Virus record (IMG/VR): IMGVR_UViG_3300042275_000481
Span: 38,172 to 102,171 of that record
Direction: 5' to 3' (one strand)
DNA: 64,000 nt
Origin: a virus
Taxonomy: Duplodnaviria; Heunggongvirae; Uroviricota; Caudoviricetes
Under the pieces are notes generated by a model that saw only the letters and a program-made list of their open reading frames with translations, was not told where the DNA came from and made no database searches. Below are positions 8,955 to 19,363 of the stretch, one piece after another (positions within the stretch are counted from its first letter, which is position 1; every line of letters begins with the position of its first letter). A program made the position numbers and the translations under genes.

Positions 8955-10502
8955 TTGAATGCTATGAAGATTACAAGAGAGAATCTAGATCCAGCAATTC
9001 TAGAAAAATTAGATCGTCTGGATCAGCTATATAATGACTTCAACGATAATAGAAAAAATGAATTTCTATCATTTGATGGGAAATCATTCCATGGACAGAA
9101 AATAAATGACTTGTCTTTAAGAAAGATGACTTCTATAAATGAATTAGAAGTACTTAAAGGGCATTTATACAAAGAAGAAACTACTATAAAAAATAGCTTT
9201 ATGAGCAACTTTAATGTTAACAATCGTGCAATAGAAAATCTAAAAACACAAATAGTCAAATTAAAAGGAATTACTTTCTTTGAGACTAAATCTCAGATAA
9301 GAACATTCAAGAAATATAAAGATTCACTTCTTATTTTAGATAGAGATGGAAATTTTACTAACTTTGATATCAAAGCAGATGAAGTTAACTATGAGCTTAA
9401 TCTTGCTGAAAAGGTAAAAAATCTGTTTGCAATTAAGAACTTCTTACCATACGATATTCTAGACTTCCAAATTTTTAGAACAGGTTTTCTATTTTCTACA
9501 TCACATTATGGTATTTTCTATGCAGATGTGGCAGAAAATACGATTGAAGTGATATTCCCAGAACAATGGGTTTTAAAAATCAAAGTAATAGATGACAACG
9601 ATATTTTATTTATTTCCAAAGATGGTAGCTTTTCTATATATGACTTTGACAGAGGACTAAAAATAGAGTCTTTCAACAAAATTAAGCAATTAAATCAAAC
9701 TATCAAAAGAATAGAAATAGGAAGAAATCCTAAATATAACAGAATTTATGTATTAGCTCAAAATGAAGCAACAAATCATACAAAACATATCCTGCATGTC
9801 TTTGAAAAAGATAATGCTGGTATAGGATACAACGATATTACAGCAAAAGTTTTCCCAGGATATAATGTATTAAATTCTATAATAAATACATTATGTTTAT
9901 GTGATACAAATGTACTAGTATGTGGACTAAGGGATAAACACCTTTTTACTTGGAAATATGATAAAGAAAAAATGAATATTAAATTTGAAGAGATGATATT
10001 TGATAAAGTATCGTTTGAAAAATTGAACTTCATTAAATTCGAAAATCAAATTCTATATACATCGTTAGATAACAAACTAATTGGAATGAATCTTTCAGGA
10101 GATGTTATCTATAATATAGAACTAGACAATAGTGAAATATTAGATATTATCTTTGATGAAAATAACAGCTTTTATGCTATTTCAGATAATAAAGTATCAT
10201 TCTATTCAATACCATCATACAACAAAACCGAGTTAGAATTTACAGCAAAAGTTTATGAAGGTCCATCAACTAATAACATTGAAATATTTGTTAAAAGCAA
10301 TACAGGTGACCAATTAATATCATTTGTTGACCCAGATACATTAGAAGAAATACAACCGAATTATCATATCATATATAACAATGATTCATTTATAAAAATA
10401 AGTGGCAGAAACGTTAAAGAACTTGTTATGAAGATAAGAATAACGCCAAGTACTGAAATTGAAGGTATAGTTGTTAATGCCAATAGAATATTCTTGAAGT
10501 AG
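8955..10502 (+). CDS. hypothetical protein
   Basis: 515-aa ORF. TTG/ATG start with an AAAGGAG RBS. Diverges from the minus-strand structural block across an 86-bp intergenic region. Confidence 0.5.
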   Translation: MNAMKITRENLDPAILEKLDRLDQLYNDFNDNRKNEFLSFDGKSFHGQKINDLSLRKMTSINELEVLKGHLYKEETTIKNSFMSNFNVNNRAIENLKTQIVKLKGITFFETKSQIRTFKKYKDSLLILDRDGNFTNFDIKADEVNYELNLAEKVKNLFAIKNFLPYDILDFQIFRTGFLFSTSHYGIFYADVAENTIEVIFPEQWVLKIKVIDDNDILFISKDGSFSIYDFDRGLKIESFNKIKQLNQTIKRIEIGRNPKYNRIYVLAQNEATNHTKHILHVFEKDNAGIGYNDITAKVFPGYNVLNSIINTLCLCDTNVLVCGLRDKHLFTWKYDKEKMNIKFEEMIFDKVSFEKLNFIKFENQILYTSLDNKLIGMNLSGDVIYNIELDNSEILDIIFDENNSFYAISDNKVSFYSIPSYNKTELEFTAKVYEGPSTNNIEIFVKSNTGDQLISFVDPDTLEEIQPNYHIIYNNDSFIKISGRNVKELVMKIRITPSTEIEGIVVNANRIFLK

Positions 10503-11489
10503 GTGAGAGAGATGACAGAAAAGATTAAAAAAATAAAAGATAGAATTTATGAGTTTGATTTTTCTAATACTGAGTTAGTCGATGGTAGTGAACTTGCCGA
10601 AGTTAATGGTGTTAGCGATTTTGTCATGGCTTTCAGAAGACGTGACTTAGATAAAGGTGTAATTGTTACGCCATCAGGCTATAGGAACGGTCTGGTATAT
10701 AAATCCTCAAATGATGGTGAAATATACAACAATCCTAACTGGATTCCCGATGTTATAAACTTCGCTTTCAATATATTCGGTCTTAAAAAAGGACGTTTCT
10801 ATAAACTAACCGTTATTGGTCGTGATACAGGTTCTAATAATATTATAACAGATGACAGAAGTCTAAGAGTTACAAATGAAGACAAAGAACTATTAATGGA
10901 CTTCGATCTTCATAATGTGGACGAAAATACTGAATACCATGCTATATTTAGAACACTTGATAATGAATCTAACCTTTTCTTCTCAATAGGAAAAATCGTT
11001 GTTAGCAATATTATTATTGAAGAAGTTGAAATCATTGGTGACGATGTACAAGAAACTGAGATTATACCAGAGAATGTATTTGAAAAAGGCAAACTGCAAC
11101 TTGCAGCTTATGGAATCTTTACAACTCAACCAAACACAGATACAGACTATAAAGGAAGATATATCCCAATGCTTCGTTATAGTGGAAAAGGAATAAATCT
11201 ATATTTTGATAAAAATACTAACCAGTATATTCTTGAAAGAGATAACATCGAAGATATACTTGGCGAGGCTTTTACGAATTTAAATTATATTATCGATTTT
11301 AACTTTAATAAAGTCGTTAACAAAGATTTATTCACAGATTATAATATTGTAGATGTCAATACAGACCTCTCGCCTAATACGCTTAAACAAGGTTATCTTG
11401 TATTTGAATTTACAGATGCCGATAACAATTCAGTCCTTTATACTAATAAAGATGGTAGAATGGTTATCCTGATTCATAAATTATACTAA
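10503..11489 (+). CDS. hypothetical protein
   Basis: 328-aa ORF, start overlaps the upstream stop (translationally coupled). Confidence 0.5.
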   Translation: MREMTEKIKKIKDRIYEFDFSNTELVDGSELAEVNGVSDFVMAFRRRDLDKGVIVTPSGYRNGLVYKSSNDGEIYNNPNWIPDVINFAFNIFGLKKGRFYKLTVIGRDTGSNNIITDDRSLRVTNEDKELLMDFDLHNVDENTEYHAIFRTLDNESNLFFSIGKIVVSNIIIEEVEIIGDDVQETEIIPENVFEKGKLQLAAYGIFTTQPNTDTDYKGRYIPMLRYSGKGINLYFDKNTNQYILERDNIEDILGEAFTNLNYIIDFNFNKVVNKDLFTDYNIVDVNTDLSPNTLKQGYLVFEFTDADNNSVLYTNKDGRMVILIHKLY

Positions 11490-11501
11490 GGAGTGAGATA
11501 A

Positions 11502-11720
11502 ATGGCTAAAAAAAGTTTAAACTTAACTGGTACAGCTGGACAAACATACGATTTAGACCAAATTGAACAAGAGACTCGTCTTAATGCCGAGAGACCACTT
11601 GTTATTCAGGTTCATAAATACAACCCTGCAAGTCAGCTTTCCGAAGAAAATAAAAAACCAAATCCTTCAAATCTAAAACTAGGTCAAATGTGGTTGTCTA
11701 AAAAAGATAGTACATTATAA
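11502..11720 (+). CDS. small hypothetical protein
   Basis: 72-aa ORF with a GGAG RBS. Confidence 0.4.
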   Translation: MAKKSLNLTGTAGQTYDLDQIEQETRLNAERPLVIQVHKYNPASQLSEENKKPNPSNLKLGQMWLSKKDSTL

Positions 11721-12415
11721 TGCCTAGAGAAATAATCACAGCTACCGTACTTTCTGAGGACACAACTGCAACACCTACAACTACTGAAGAAAGTACACTT
11801 AGCGAAGACCAGAATTTAGATGGCGACCTAAATGACCTAATTAGTAGTTTAGATGAAGGAGAAACAGAAGAAAGTCCTACTGGTGGCTTTGGTTTGAGCT
11901 TTACTCCAGATAAGGAATACGATTTAGATGCAATTATTGAAAGTATTTCTCGTGATAATGACGAATATGCTCTTATTATGCGAGTTAATACTGAATCTGA
12001 AATTGTTCAAGCAATTATAGACAGATGTATTGAAGAATTAAAGATAGAATACAGTGCAGAAAATCTAGAAGATATACTTGATTATCAAAATATATTTAAT
12101 GCTTATTTTGAGGAGCATTTTGTTGAATATAGTGAGGAAGCTCGTGAGGCTGGAATTCCTGGTGAAATCATAATTGATGAAAAACAATCTAAAGTTGAGG
12201 TTCTTCGTTCAGATATGAAAAAATATCTGTTTGAGGAAATTAAACCAGGAGACAAAGTTAAGCCTGTTCTTAATTACGCAAAAACTATGACAGAGTGGGC
12301 AGAACTTGGTGATGGTGATATGACTATCCCTGAAGATTTTGACACCATAGAATTGTATCAAGCTAGAATAGATGCATTAAATGAAAGAATTTTAGAATTA
12401 CAAGAGGAAGAATAA
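11720..12415 (+). CDS. acidic hypothetical protein
   Basis: 231-aa, strongly acidic (D/E-rich) ORF overlapping the upstream stop. Confidence 0.45.
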   Translation: MPREIITATVLSEDTTATPTTTEESTLSEDQNLDGDLNDLISSLDEGETEESPTGGFGLSFTPDKEYDLDAIIESISRDNDEYALIMRVNTESEIVQAIIDRCIEELKIEYSAENLEDILDYQNIFNAYFEEHFVEYSEEAREAGIPGEIIIDEKQSKVEVLRSDMKKYLFEEIKPGDKVKPVLNYAKTMTEWAELGDGDMTIPEDFDTIELYQARIDALNERILELQEEE

Positions 12416-12424
12416 AATATTATA

Positions 12425-12535
12425 GAAATATATAGTGATACGCTATAATATCTCTGCTATCCGAAATGTCACTCGAGAAAGAGAGGGAGGAATTCCTCTC
12501 GAGTGTGTCATTCCGAGGCGAGGAACCCAAAGCTA
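12425..12535 (+). ncRNA. candidate small structured RNA with its own promoter-like element (tgatacgctataat)
   Basis: AT-rich -10-like element tagtgatacgctataat, followed by GC-rich nested hairpins (cactcgag...ctcgagtg; ggaacc...ggttcc). No ORF. Confidence 0.3.
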
Positions 12536-12559
12536 GGTTCCAGGAATGTTTTAATGTAT

Positions 12560-12705
12560 AATATTTTGACATTATAGAAAAATTAGTGATACGCTAAGAT
12601 ATGTATTGTGGAAAGAATCCGAAGCTGCACTTAACCTACCGCAACCGGCCTCCGAGTGCGCTTCCGGCATTCTCGCCCGGATTTGCGCATTAATGCCATT
12701 GTAAT
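12560..12705 (+). ncRNA. second candidate small structured RNA; promoter TTGACA-17-gatacgctaagat
   Basis: TTGACA followed 17 nt later by a -10-like gctaagat. It repeats the tagtgatacgcta box of the first element. Followed by a GC-rich ORF-less segment (ccggcctccgagtgcgcttccgg...). Confidence 0.3.
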
Positions 12706-12715
12706 TGTATAATGT

Positions 12716-12752
12716 AAAAAAAAAAGAATAACCGAAAGGTTATTCTTTAACT
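12716..12752 (-). terminator. intrinsic terminator hairpin gaataaccgaaaggttattc (bidirectional)
   Basis: Perfect hairpin flanked by an A-run and a T-run. It sits at the convergence point of plus- and minus-strand units. Confidence 0.5.
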
Positions 12753-13171
12753 TCAAAGAAGAATAATCTTGATGAATAACCCTGACCAACAAATAGTCTG
12801 GGCCATTCTTTTTCATTAAAGACATATTCTTTAGTGGCAAGTCTAATACTACTACGACCTGGTTTGTGATACCATCTTCCACTTTTCTTGTGTCTCTTGA
12901 CAAAATGAAAGTCACCGTCACCATATCTAAAAGCGATAATGGTTTTGCCTTTCTTTTGTTTAAGAACTTTCTTCTTTGAAATTAAACGAAGATGAGGATA
13001 TCTATTTAGAATAAATCTTATGATTTTAATATCATTTATAAGACTTGGCTTTCTAAAATCAATAGCATCTCTACCTTCCGAACCTGGCTCTTCACCCTCA
13101 ATGCCCAGTTGGGTAAACTGGTTTCTGCCTAGTGCATAACCTAGGCAATTTGCTTTAGAATATTTTCCCAT
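12740..13171 (-). CDS. hypothetical basic protein
   Basis: 143-aa ORF with an RBS. Confidence 0.45.
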   Translation of the reverse strand: MGKYSKANCLGYALGRNQFTQLGIEGEEPGSEGRDAIDFRKPSLINDIKIIRFILNRYPHLRLISKKKVLKQKKGKTIIAFRYGDGDFHFVKRHKKSGRWYHKPGRSSIRLATKEYVFNEKEWPRLFVGQGYSSRLFFFEVKE

Positions 13172-13229
13172 TAAATACTCCTCCTTATGTATACTAAATT
13201 TATAATATATAAATAAAATTCAGAGGAAT

Positions 13230-13262
13230 ACAAAAAAGAATAACCAAAAGGTTATTCTTCTT
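13230..13262 (-). terminator. intrinsic terminator hairpin gaataaccaaaaggttattc
   Basis: Second copy of the same hairpin family, with a flanking T-run. Confidence 0.5.
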
Positions 13263-13566
13263 TTTTAATGGCGTCATCACGATGATTTAATTCTGTTTCG
13301 ATTTCAACTTTCTTGTCTAGCAAATAATTTTTATCTTCTCTGCTAGTGACCAGATAGTAATAGTTATCAATAACTTTTAAATATCTTCTAAGACTTGAAC
13401 TTTTAGCGTCCGAGATTTTTACTGTATTTTTTGAAATATTATCTACAAAATAACCTTTTTCAGGTCTATCTTTTAAATAATCCCCAGCTGCTTGCAAGTT
13501 TTTAATTTTTCTTTGTTGTGATTTAATACTTTTTTCCATATTTTTCCAATTAACTTTTCTTGACAT
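13252..13566 (-). CDS. hypothetical protein
   Basis: 104-aa ORF. Confidence 0.4.
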   Translation of the reverse strand: MSRKVNWKNMEKSIKSQQRKIKNLQAAGDYLKDRPEKGYFVDNISKNTVKISDAKSSSLRRYLKVIDNYYYLVTSREDKNYLLDKKVEIETELNHRDDAIKKEE

Positions 13567-13577
13567 ACTATCACTCC

Positions 13578-14048
13578 TTATAATTTTGCAAATAGTTGTA
13601 TTGCTTCATCATCCATATCCTCAACTATCTCTAATTTCTTTAATAAATTATCTAGATTGTCTTCGATATTCTTATCATATCTTTGGAAGTTAGTCATATT
13701 AAATGGATCTTTATCATTAAAAATATAAATATAAAAACACCTGTTAGTTCCAGTATATATAATATCCCTATCATAAAGACTATCTGATATTTGGTTTCCT
13801 ACATCATCTAATCGAATAAGTAAGTCTAGGTATTCTATTCCAATTTTATCAAATATATTCATAAAACCATATATTTGGTCTTTTTCTCCATTTATTGGCC
13901 TTATTTTAATTGTACTAATAATTCGGCTTTCTCCACTTATATTCATAACATTTTTTTCATAATCGTAAAGTATATATGAGTTATCATTAATATCAACTGC
14001 ATTGATTATCTTTGTCAGGAGATTAATTATTTTATTTAAAGAGTCCAA
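13578..14048 (-). CDS. hypothetical protein
   Basis: 156-aa ORF. Confidence 0.4.
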   Translation of the reverse strand: MDSLNKIINLLTKIINAVDINDNSYILYDYEKNVMNISGESRIISTIKIRPINGEKDQIYGFMNIFDKIGIEYLDLLIRLDDVGNQISDSLYDRDIIYTGTNRCFYIYIFNDKDPFNMTNFQRYDKNIEDNLDNLLKKLEIVEDMDDEAIQLFAKL

Positions 14049-14114
14049 TTATATCACTTCCTTAAATATCTGTTTTGTGTGTTATAAAAGTTTAAGAATC
14101 AAAAAAAGAGGAAA

Positions 14115-14471
14115 TTAATCCTCTTTAAATAATTTATCTTTATTCCCTTTAAAATCTTTTATAAATGCATTATATGCTTCTATAGCATCTTCTTCATTAT
14201 CATATTCCCCTAGTACATGCACCCCATAATGCCACACTCCATTACTATCTTCAAATGTATACATGTCACTAAAACTGAATATTTTTTTGTTGATTTCTTC
14301 CTTTGTATCAGGAAGCCAATACTCTGCCGCATCATCTGTACAATCCACTACATCTATATTTAGAGCTGAACAAGATGTATCACTATAAATAATTTCCTCA
14401 GCTGAAAATAATGCAAATTCATATTCTGTTGATTTATATCCTTTTGGGTCTGATATTACAATATAGTTCAT
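14115..14471 (-). CDS. hypothetical acidic protein
   Basis: 118-aa ORF. Confidence 0.4.
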   Translation of the reverse strand: MNYIVISDPKGYKSTEYEFALFSAEEIIYSDTSCSALNIDVVDCTDDAAEYWLPDTKEEINKKIFSFSDMYTFEDSNGVWHYGVHVLGEYDNEEDAIEAYNAFIKDFKGNKDKLFKED

Positions 14472-14500
14472 AATTTCCTCCTTATAAAATGAGACGAAGA

Positions 14501-14866
14501 TTAAACTTCGTCGTATTCATTTAGTTTTATCCACAATTTAACATCATCATAAATAGAACTTTCTGTTAAGAACTTTGAAACTCTTTTTAATTTATTTTGT
14601 GGTATTTTAGATAATACATCGATAGTCTCTTCTATAGAAAAGATTCTAGGCTCTTTCATTATAAGATATAATTTGATAGGTTCGCCAAAAGAAACACCAT
14701 GATGAGAGTCAACTAGTAAACAACAACGCCCTTCTTCATATAAAACTATCCCAACTTTTTGGATACTCTTCTCGGTAAAGTTAGAAATTAAAGAAGCTAT
14801 TTTATAATCAATTGTAATTTTTCCAGTCATATATCTATCTATAAAATCTTTTACTATTTTATGCAC
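14501..14866 (-). CDS. hypothetical protein
   Basis: 121-aa ORF. Confidence 0.4.
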   Translation of the reverse strand: MHKIVKDFIDRYMTGKITIDYKIASLISNFTEKSIQKVGIVLYEEGRCCLLVDSHHGVSFGEPIKLYLIMKEPRIFSIEETIDVLSKIPQNKLKRVSKFLTESSIYDDVKLWIKLNEYDEV

Positions 14867-14897
14867 ATTTTTTCTCCTTAAAATAAAGGCAAAGTCC

Positions 14898-15953
14898 TTA
14901 GACTTCGCCTTTTAATAGCATATCGATTGAAATCGGATATGTTGTGAATATTTTTGCGTTTAATTCTAAGAAATGATTCACACTGTATGTTTGTTTTGGT
15001 TTATTAAATCTCACCATAATATTCGTTTGATTAGAATACAAAACATCATCAGCGCGAATTATTTCAAAGTTCTGCTTTATTTCGTCATAATGTTCTAAAA
15101 TCAGTTTTTCATATGTGTTTCGTTTATTTAAAGCATCCTTTTTAATCGGGAAGTTGATATATTCAGTATCGAGTATTTTTCCACTCTCAACTAAATGCTC
15201 AACAGCTTTGATAGCACGATATGGACCAACATTTTCAATAGTATTTAAACTATATCGCTGAGTTCCAAGTATCGCCGAAATAAGTGAAACAAGTTCTGAT
15301 GAAAGGTGTGTTGACCTTTTAAACAGTTTTGAAACAGCGTTTGCTTCATCTAATAAATCTGAGTCCATGCTTTTTATATTAAGCATAAACACATGATTAT
15401 TGATTAGCTGGGCCATTATCTCGTCATTTGATAGTATAATTGCAATTTCATTTGATGGAACTTGTTGGACTAAATACTTAATCATTACAAATTCATCGAA
15501 CTCACTTGTGTCAACAAACTGACAGTTAGGAACTCGACTCAAAACTTTCTTAGAAATATCAATTGCTTTTTTAACCATCTCATGACGATTTGCACGTTCA
15601 GGGTCATAGAAATATTTTTCATAATGCTCTTTCTTATAACCTGGAAATTTTGACTTCATTAAATCGCATTCTGACTCACTATACATAAAATATAGTGACG
15701 TATATTTTCCTTGCTTATAGAAATAGTTTCTATAATGTGCAGCAATTCCAATTATGTCAGATGCAAGTTCTTCTATACTGTCCCTTGAAATACTCTCTTC
15801 ACTAAGAATATCTGGACGATAAACTTTTCGGATGATTTCTTTCAGGTCAATAATAACGTTTACATTGTTAGAAAATCTTATATTGTTGAGCTTTTCCTCT
15901 AATATAATATCGAGGTGCTCATATTTGATTTTTATTTCTTTGAATACAATCAT
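14898..15953 (-). CDS. hypothetical protein (possible nucleic-acid processing enzyme)
   Basis: 351-aa ORF. Its stop overlaps the upstream gene start by 1 nt. Confidence 0.4.
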   Translation of the reverse strand: MIVFKEIKIKYEHLDIILEEKLNNIRFSNNVNVIIDLKEIIRKVYRPDILSEESISRDSIEELASDIIGIAAHYRNYFYKQGKYTSLYFMYSESECDLMKSKFPGYKKEHYEKYFYDPERANRHEMVKKAIDISKKVLSRVPNCQFVDTSEFDEFVMIKYLVQQVPSNEIAIILSNDEIMAQLINNHVFMLNIKSMDSDLLDEANAVSKLFKRSTHLSSELVSLISAILGTQRYSLNTIENVGPYRAIKAVEHLVESGKILDTEYINFPIKKDALNKRNTYEKLILEHYDEIKQNFEIIRADDVLYSNQTNIMVRFNKPKQTYSVNHFLELNAKIFTTYPISIDMLLKGEV

Positions 15954-16741
15954 TATTTAGGATTACTATCTAAAACTTTCTGTTTTAATTCATCGACAGT
16001 GTCATGATAGTAGATCTTTACACCTCTTTCTTCGAGTATATCGTGAAGCACACTTTTTTTGATTCCGTCTAAATCACTTTCATTGTATCTGACTCTTTTT
16101 TGTTTGCTTAGAATCTTATCAATAAGTTCAGGGACGGTGTTTTTATAGAAATAACCAACTTTCATATCGTCAAGAATTTCTTGAAGTTCTGGTTTTTTCA
16201 TATTTTCTAAATCTTTTTTCTTGTATTTAGGTTTTTCAGGCTCTTTTTTTGAAGCTGCTGATGTCAATATTTTAGTCTTTTTAGCAACAAACATGCTTTT
16301 TTCTTTATGTTGAGCCCAAAGATTGGTATATCTTTCTTCTTTTGACATTTTCAAATACATGTCATTTACCTTAGAATACTCTGGCATATTTCTTACACTT
16401 TCATTCTTTATAACCTTGTCCATTGAAAGACTTTCTTTATAAGCCTCAATAAATTTAAAAGTTAATACTTGAAATGCAGAAACAGAGTATAAATCAAGAT
16501 ATTCGAAATGCTTTTCCATGAATTTAATCGGCAGTTTATAAAACGTGCAGAGATACGACCAATTAATGTTTTCGATATGTTGTTCTGCAACATCTAAATT
16601 GAATGCTTCTGATTTTGTCACAAGCAGCCATTCATAATTGGTCATTTCATCTTTAAATTCGCTTATATAGTGTTCTAAATCACGTGTTTTTTTAATGGAT
16701 TCCAGATCATATATTCGTTTATAATTTTGTTTTTCGCGCAT
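15953..16741 (-). CDS. protein with two C-terminal HeH/SAP (Rho_N-like) motifs
   Basis: KKPELQEILDDMKVGYFYKNTVPELIDKIL and KKSVLHDILEERGVKIYYHDTVDELKQKVL resemble Rho-N/HeH DNA/RNA-binding motifs. Confidence 0.4.
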   Translation of the reverse strand: MREKQNYKRIYDLESIKKTRDLEHYISEFKDEMTNYEWLLVTKSEAFNLDVAEQHIENINWSYLCTFYKLPIKFMEKHFEYLDLYSVSAFQVLTFKFIEAYKESLSMDKVIKNESVRNMPEYSKVNDMYLKMSKEERYTNLWAQHKEKSMFVAKKTKILTSAASKKEPEKPKYKKKDLENMKKPELQEILDDMKVGYFYKNTVPELIDKILSKQKRVRYNESDLDGIKKSVLHDILEERGVKIYYHDTVDELKQKVLDSNPK

Positions 16742-16743
16742 TT

Positions 16744-18177
16744 TTACATCTCCTGCACAATTTCTAGTTCTTCGATTTTGAATTGGTCGAATACTGCACT
16801 ATCTGTCATTGCAGTGAAAATAATATTGACTTGTTTACCTTGTTCAGGTAGATAATCACTGTAAATAAACGTTCTAAATGGTCTATTATCGATATATAAA
16901 ATACGATTATATTCATCATATTTTGTGACTGTTCCAGTATAACTGAATTTTAGTTTCTCAAAACCTTTACCATACGGTGCAAGGTTATAATGAGCATCAA
17001 ATATCTCAGTTGTATAATAATCCTCAAAAATGAATACATTCTCATCGACGTCATGTGCATTTTCTGCATAGTCTTTTTCGAAGTGTTCCTTCAATAATTG
17101 TAAATCTTTTTCTGGATTTCCAACACGAATTCCAATTGCTCCGTCATGTCCGCCACCATCAACTGTTGTATCTGGATTAGCTTTCAAGAAGCGGTTAAGG
17201 CCTTCATAAAGCGAATAACCAGGAACTGAACGACATGAAAATGATAGTGTTCCGTCTTTTTCTGTACCTACAAAAGCAGGTTTTTGTTCCTTATCTGAAA
17301 TCCTATTTGCTACTAAACCAATAAGACCACCGATTGGATAGTCATATTTATCAGCATCGATAACCATGAAACCGATATTTTCTTCTGGATTAGCCACATG
17401 TTCTTTAAAGATGTCACGAGTTTTCTCTTGACGTTCTCTGTTAACTTCACGATAGCCATTGATGTAGGTTCCATATTCGTTTGAACCAATGATATCTGAG
17501 ACGATATCTTCTGTTTCTCCATTTACACGTCCACTTGCATTGATTGTTGGTCCAACATAATATCCAAAAGTATCTTCTGTGATATAAGTATCTTTGTCAT
17601 CCATAATCCAACGTCCAACACCAAATCCAGCTAAGAATTTAAGTGTTCGTCCAGCCCAAAGTTTACGTTCTTTATAATAATTGATATTATCGAGAACATA
17701 TTTAACTAATAGTCGATTTTCACCAACTAATGGCATAACATCTGAAACAGTTGCAACAGCCGCAAATAATGCAGCATCTTTTAAAACATATTCATCTTCT
17801 TTTTTGCTTGGGTCTAATAATGCATTCCCAAGTTTAAGTGCAACAAATGCACCACAGATATGTTCATGTCTGTCATTTGTTACATGTGGATTGACAAGAA
17901 TATCAGCATTTGGAAGATTTTCCATATCTGGAATATGATGGTCTGTTACAATCATCACAAGCCCATTGCTCTTTCCATAATCAATAACGTTGTTTGCAGA
18001 TATTCCATTATCAACTGTGATAATAACTTCTGCGCCCATTTCTAGTGCTCTGTCAACGTGTTTTTCCTTAATTCCATAACCATCGTTAAGACGGTCTGGA
18101 ATGATGTAGTCACATTGTTTCACACCATAATGCTCTAAGATAATCTTCATAGCAGTTGTTGCCATTATACCGTCAGC
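16744..18177 (-). CDS. RecJ-like DHH-family ssDNA exonuclease, exon 2 of 2
   Basis: DHH motif IVTDHHIP and DHHA1 motif GGGH. The frame continues upstream of the annotated Met as ADGI, completing the RecJ motif I GDYD|ADG when joined to exon 1. Confidence 0.7.
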   Translation of the reverse strand, partial: ADGIMATTAMKIILEHYGVKQCDYIIPDRLNDGYGIKEKHVDRALEMGAEVIITVDNGISANNVIDYGKSNGLVMIVTDHHIPDMENLPNADILVNPHVTNDRHEHICGAFVALKLGNALLDPSKKEDEYVLKDAALFAAVATVSDVMPLVGENRLLVKYVLDNINYYKERKLWAGRTLKFLAGFGVGRWIMDDKDTYITEDTFGYYVGPTINASGRVNGETEDIVSDIIGSNEYGTYINGYREVNRERQEKTRDIFKEHVANPEENIGFMVIDADKYDYPIGGLIGLVANRISDKEQKPAFVGTEKDGTLSFSCRSVPGYSLYEGLNRFLKANPDTTVDGGGHDGAIGIRVGNPEKDLQLLKEHFEKDYAENAHDVDENVFIFEDYYTTEIFDAHYNLAPYGKGFEKLKFSYTGTVTKYDEYNRILYIDNRPFRTFIYSDYLPEQGKQVNIIFTAMTDSAVFDQFKIEELEIVQEM

Positions 18178-19363
18178 CTTAATTGGACTATATCTTCTAT
18201 AAATTGTTTAATTTATAGCAGTGCACTTCGAGTGGTATCGATCTCCACCCTACTCCGCTACATTCATCACGGATAGTCTCTTGACCTTCCTATTTCTAGG
18301 CTTGGCACAGGATAATTAGGTAACTTCCCCTGTTAGCATAACTTTTAACTATCATTTCCTATAGTTCCAAAAGTAAGTTATACACCTCGCTGATCCACGA
18401 GTTCACACTGTTTTACTACGACACTGTTATCGGTATAATATTTTCTAGGTTTTATTTCTAAATCTGGTGATATTAATAAAATATTAAATTCTTTTAATGA
18501 ATTATAATCTTTTTTATAAAATGTATCTAATATGATTTCTATATTATTTTCTTCACTGTAAGGTATTCTTAAAAGAGTTATCGAATTTTTTCTACAATAA
18601 TCATTTTTCATCTTATCATGAATTAATGCTGTTTTGTATCCTCTTTTTGAAGAATTAAAATGTTGTTCGCCATCAAATTCTATTAATTGATTTAGTATAT
18701 CTATATAATCAAATGGCATTTTCCTTTTATCTTTACAATCATCAAATCTATATTCACTATCTAAATAAAGATTTTTATCTTGTAGATATTTTGCAATATT
18801 TGATGAACCACTTCCTGGAATAGCACCAACTCTTTTAAGGTTTGCACATTCAGGACATCTTTTTCCTTGTTGAAAATTATTTGGAGTAGTATAAAAATAT
18901 GTTTCACAAATCTTATGCTTAACCCTTACTCTCATTTTGTTATTCCCAGAGTAAACAGGAGCATCTAATAATTCATAATCTGGATCATTAAATATACCTT
19001 CTAAATAATTTTCTTTCACGAGATATTGCCCTCTGCCTATTTTTTTCCGATTTTCATACTTTACTCTTCTTAAATTTTTTGTCTCGCAAGAACAGCGAAT
19101 CTTTCCTTCTTGAAATAATTTTCAGGAAGTGTTTATAACTTCACCACAGTCATGTTCTATCATAATAATAGATTTATTATTTTTATAATTCTTGAAATCA
19201 TATTTTTTACTTAAATTAAACCTAGAATCTAATTTTTTTATTTTCTTTTCTAATTCATTTCTTGTTAATCTCTTTGGCATAATTTTTCTCCTCCATATTA
19301 TAAATTACATAATATATTGTTTAGATTATGAATCAGAAAAGTTATAAAAATTTAATTTCTTTT
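18178..19363 (-). mobile_element. group I intron (minus strand) in the RecJ-like gene, carrying a decayed homing endonuclease gene
   Basis: Exon 1 ends with U of GAT (GDYD). The intron ends in G (..aag) before gct-gac-ggt (ADG). R element (revcomp of ggatagtctcttgacc, 18271-18286) and S element (revcomp of gactatatc, 18186-18194) are present in the correct order for a minus-strand transcript. Confidence 0.6.
18378..19280 (-). pseudogene. frameshifted intron-encoded homing endonuclease (zinc-ribbon + Vsr/DUF559-like nuclease family)
   Basis: ATG at 19278-19280 with a GGAGG RBS. The N-terminal module (IEHDCGEVI) reads in one frame, then shifts (~19120) into the 18378-19019 ORF. That ORF starts with GTG and contains CPECA and FDGEQHF...LLRIPY. 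Confidence 0.5.

Noticed and set aside
12631-12924. 97-aa minus-strand ORF overlapping 12740-13171 in another frame
   Set aside because: It overlaps a better-supported ORF. Its own 5' end runs into the GC-rich candidate sRNA region and the terminator hairpin, with no RBS.
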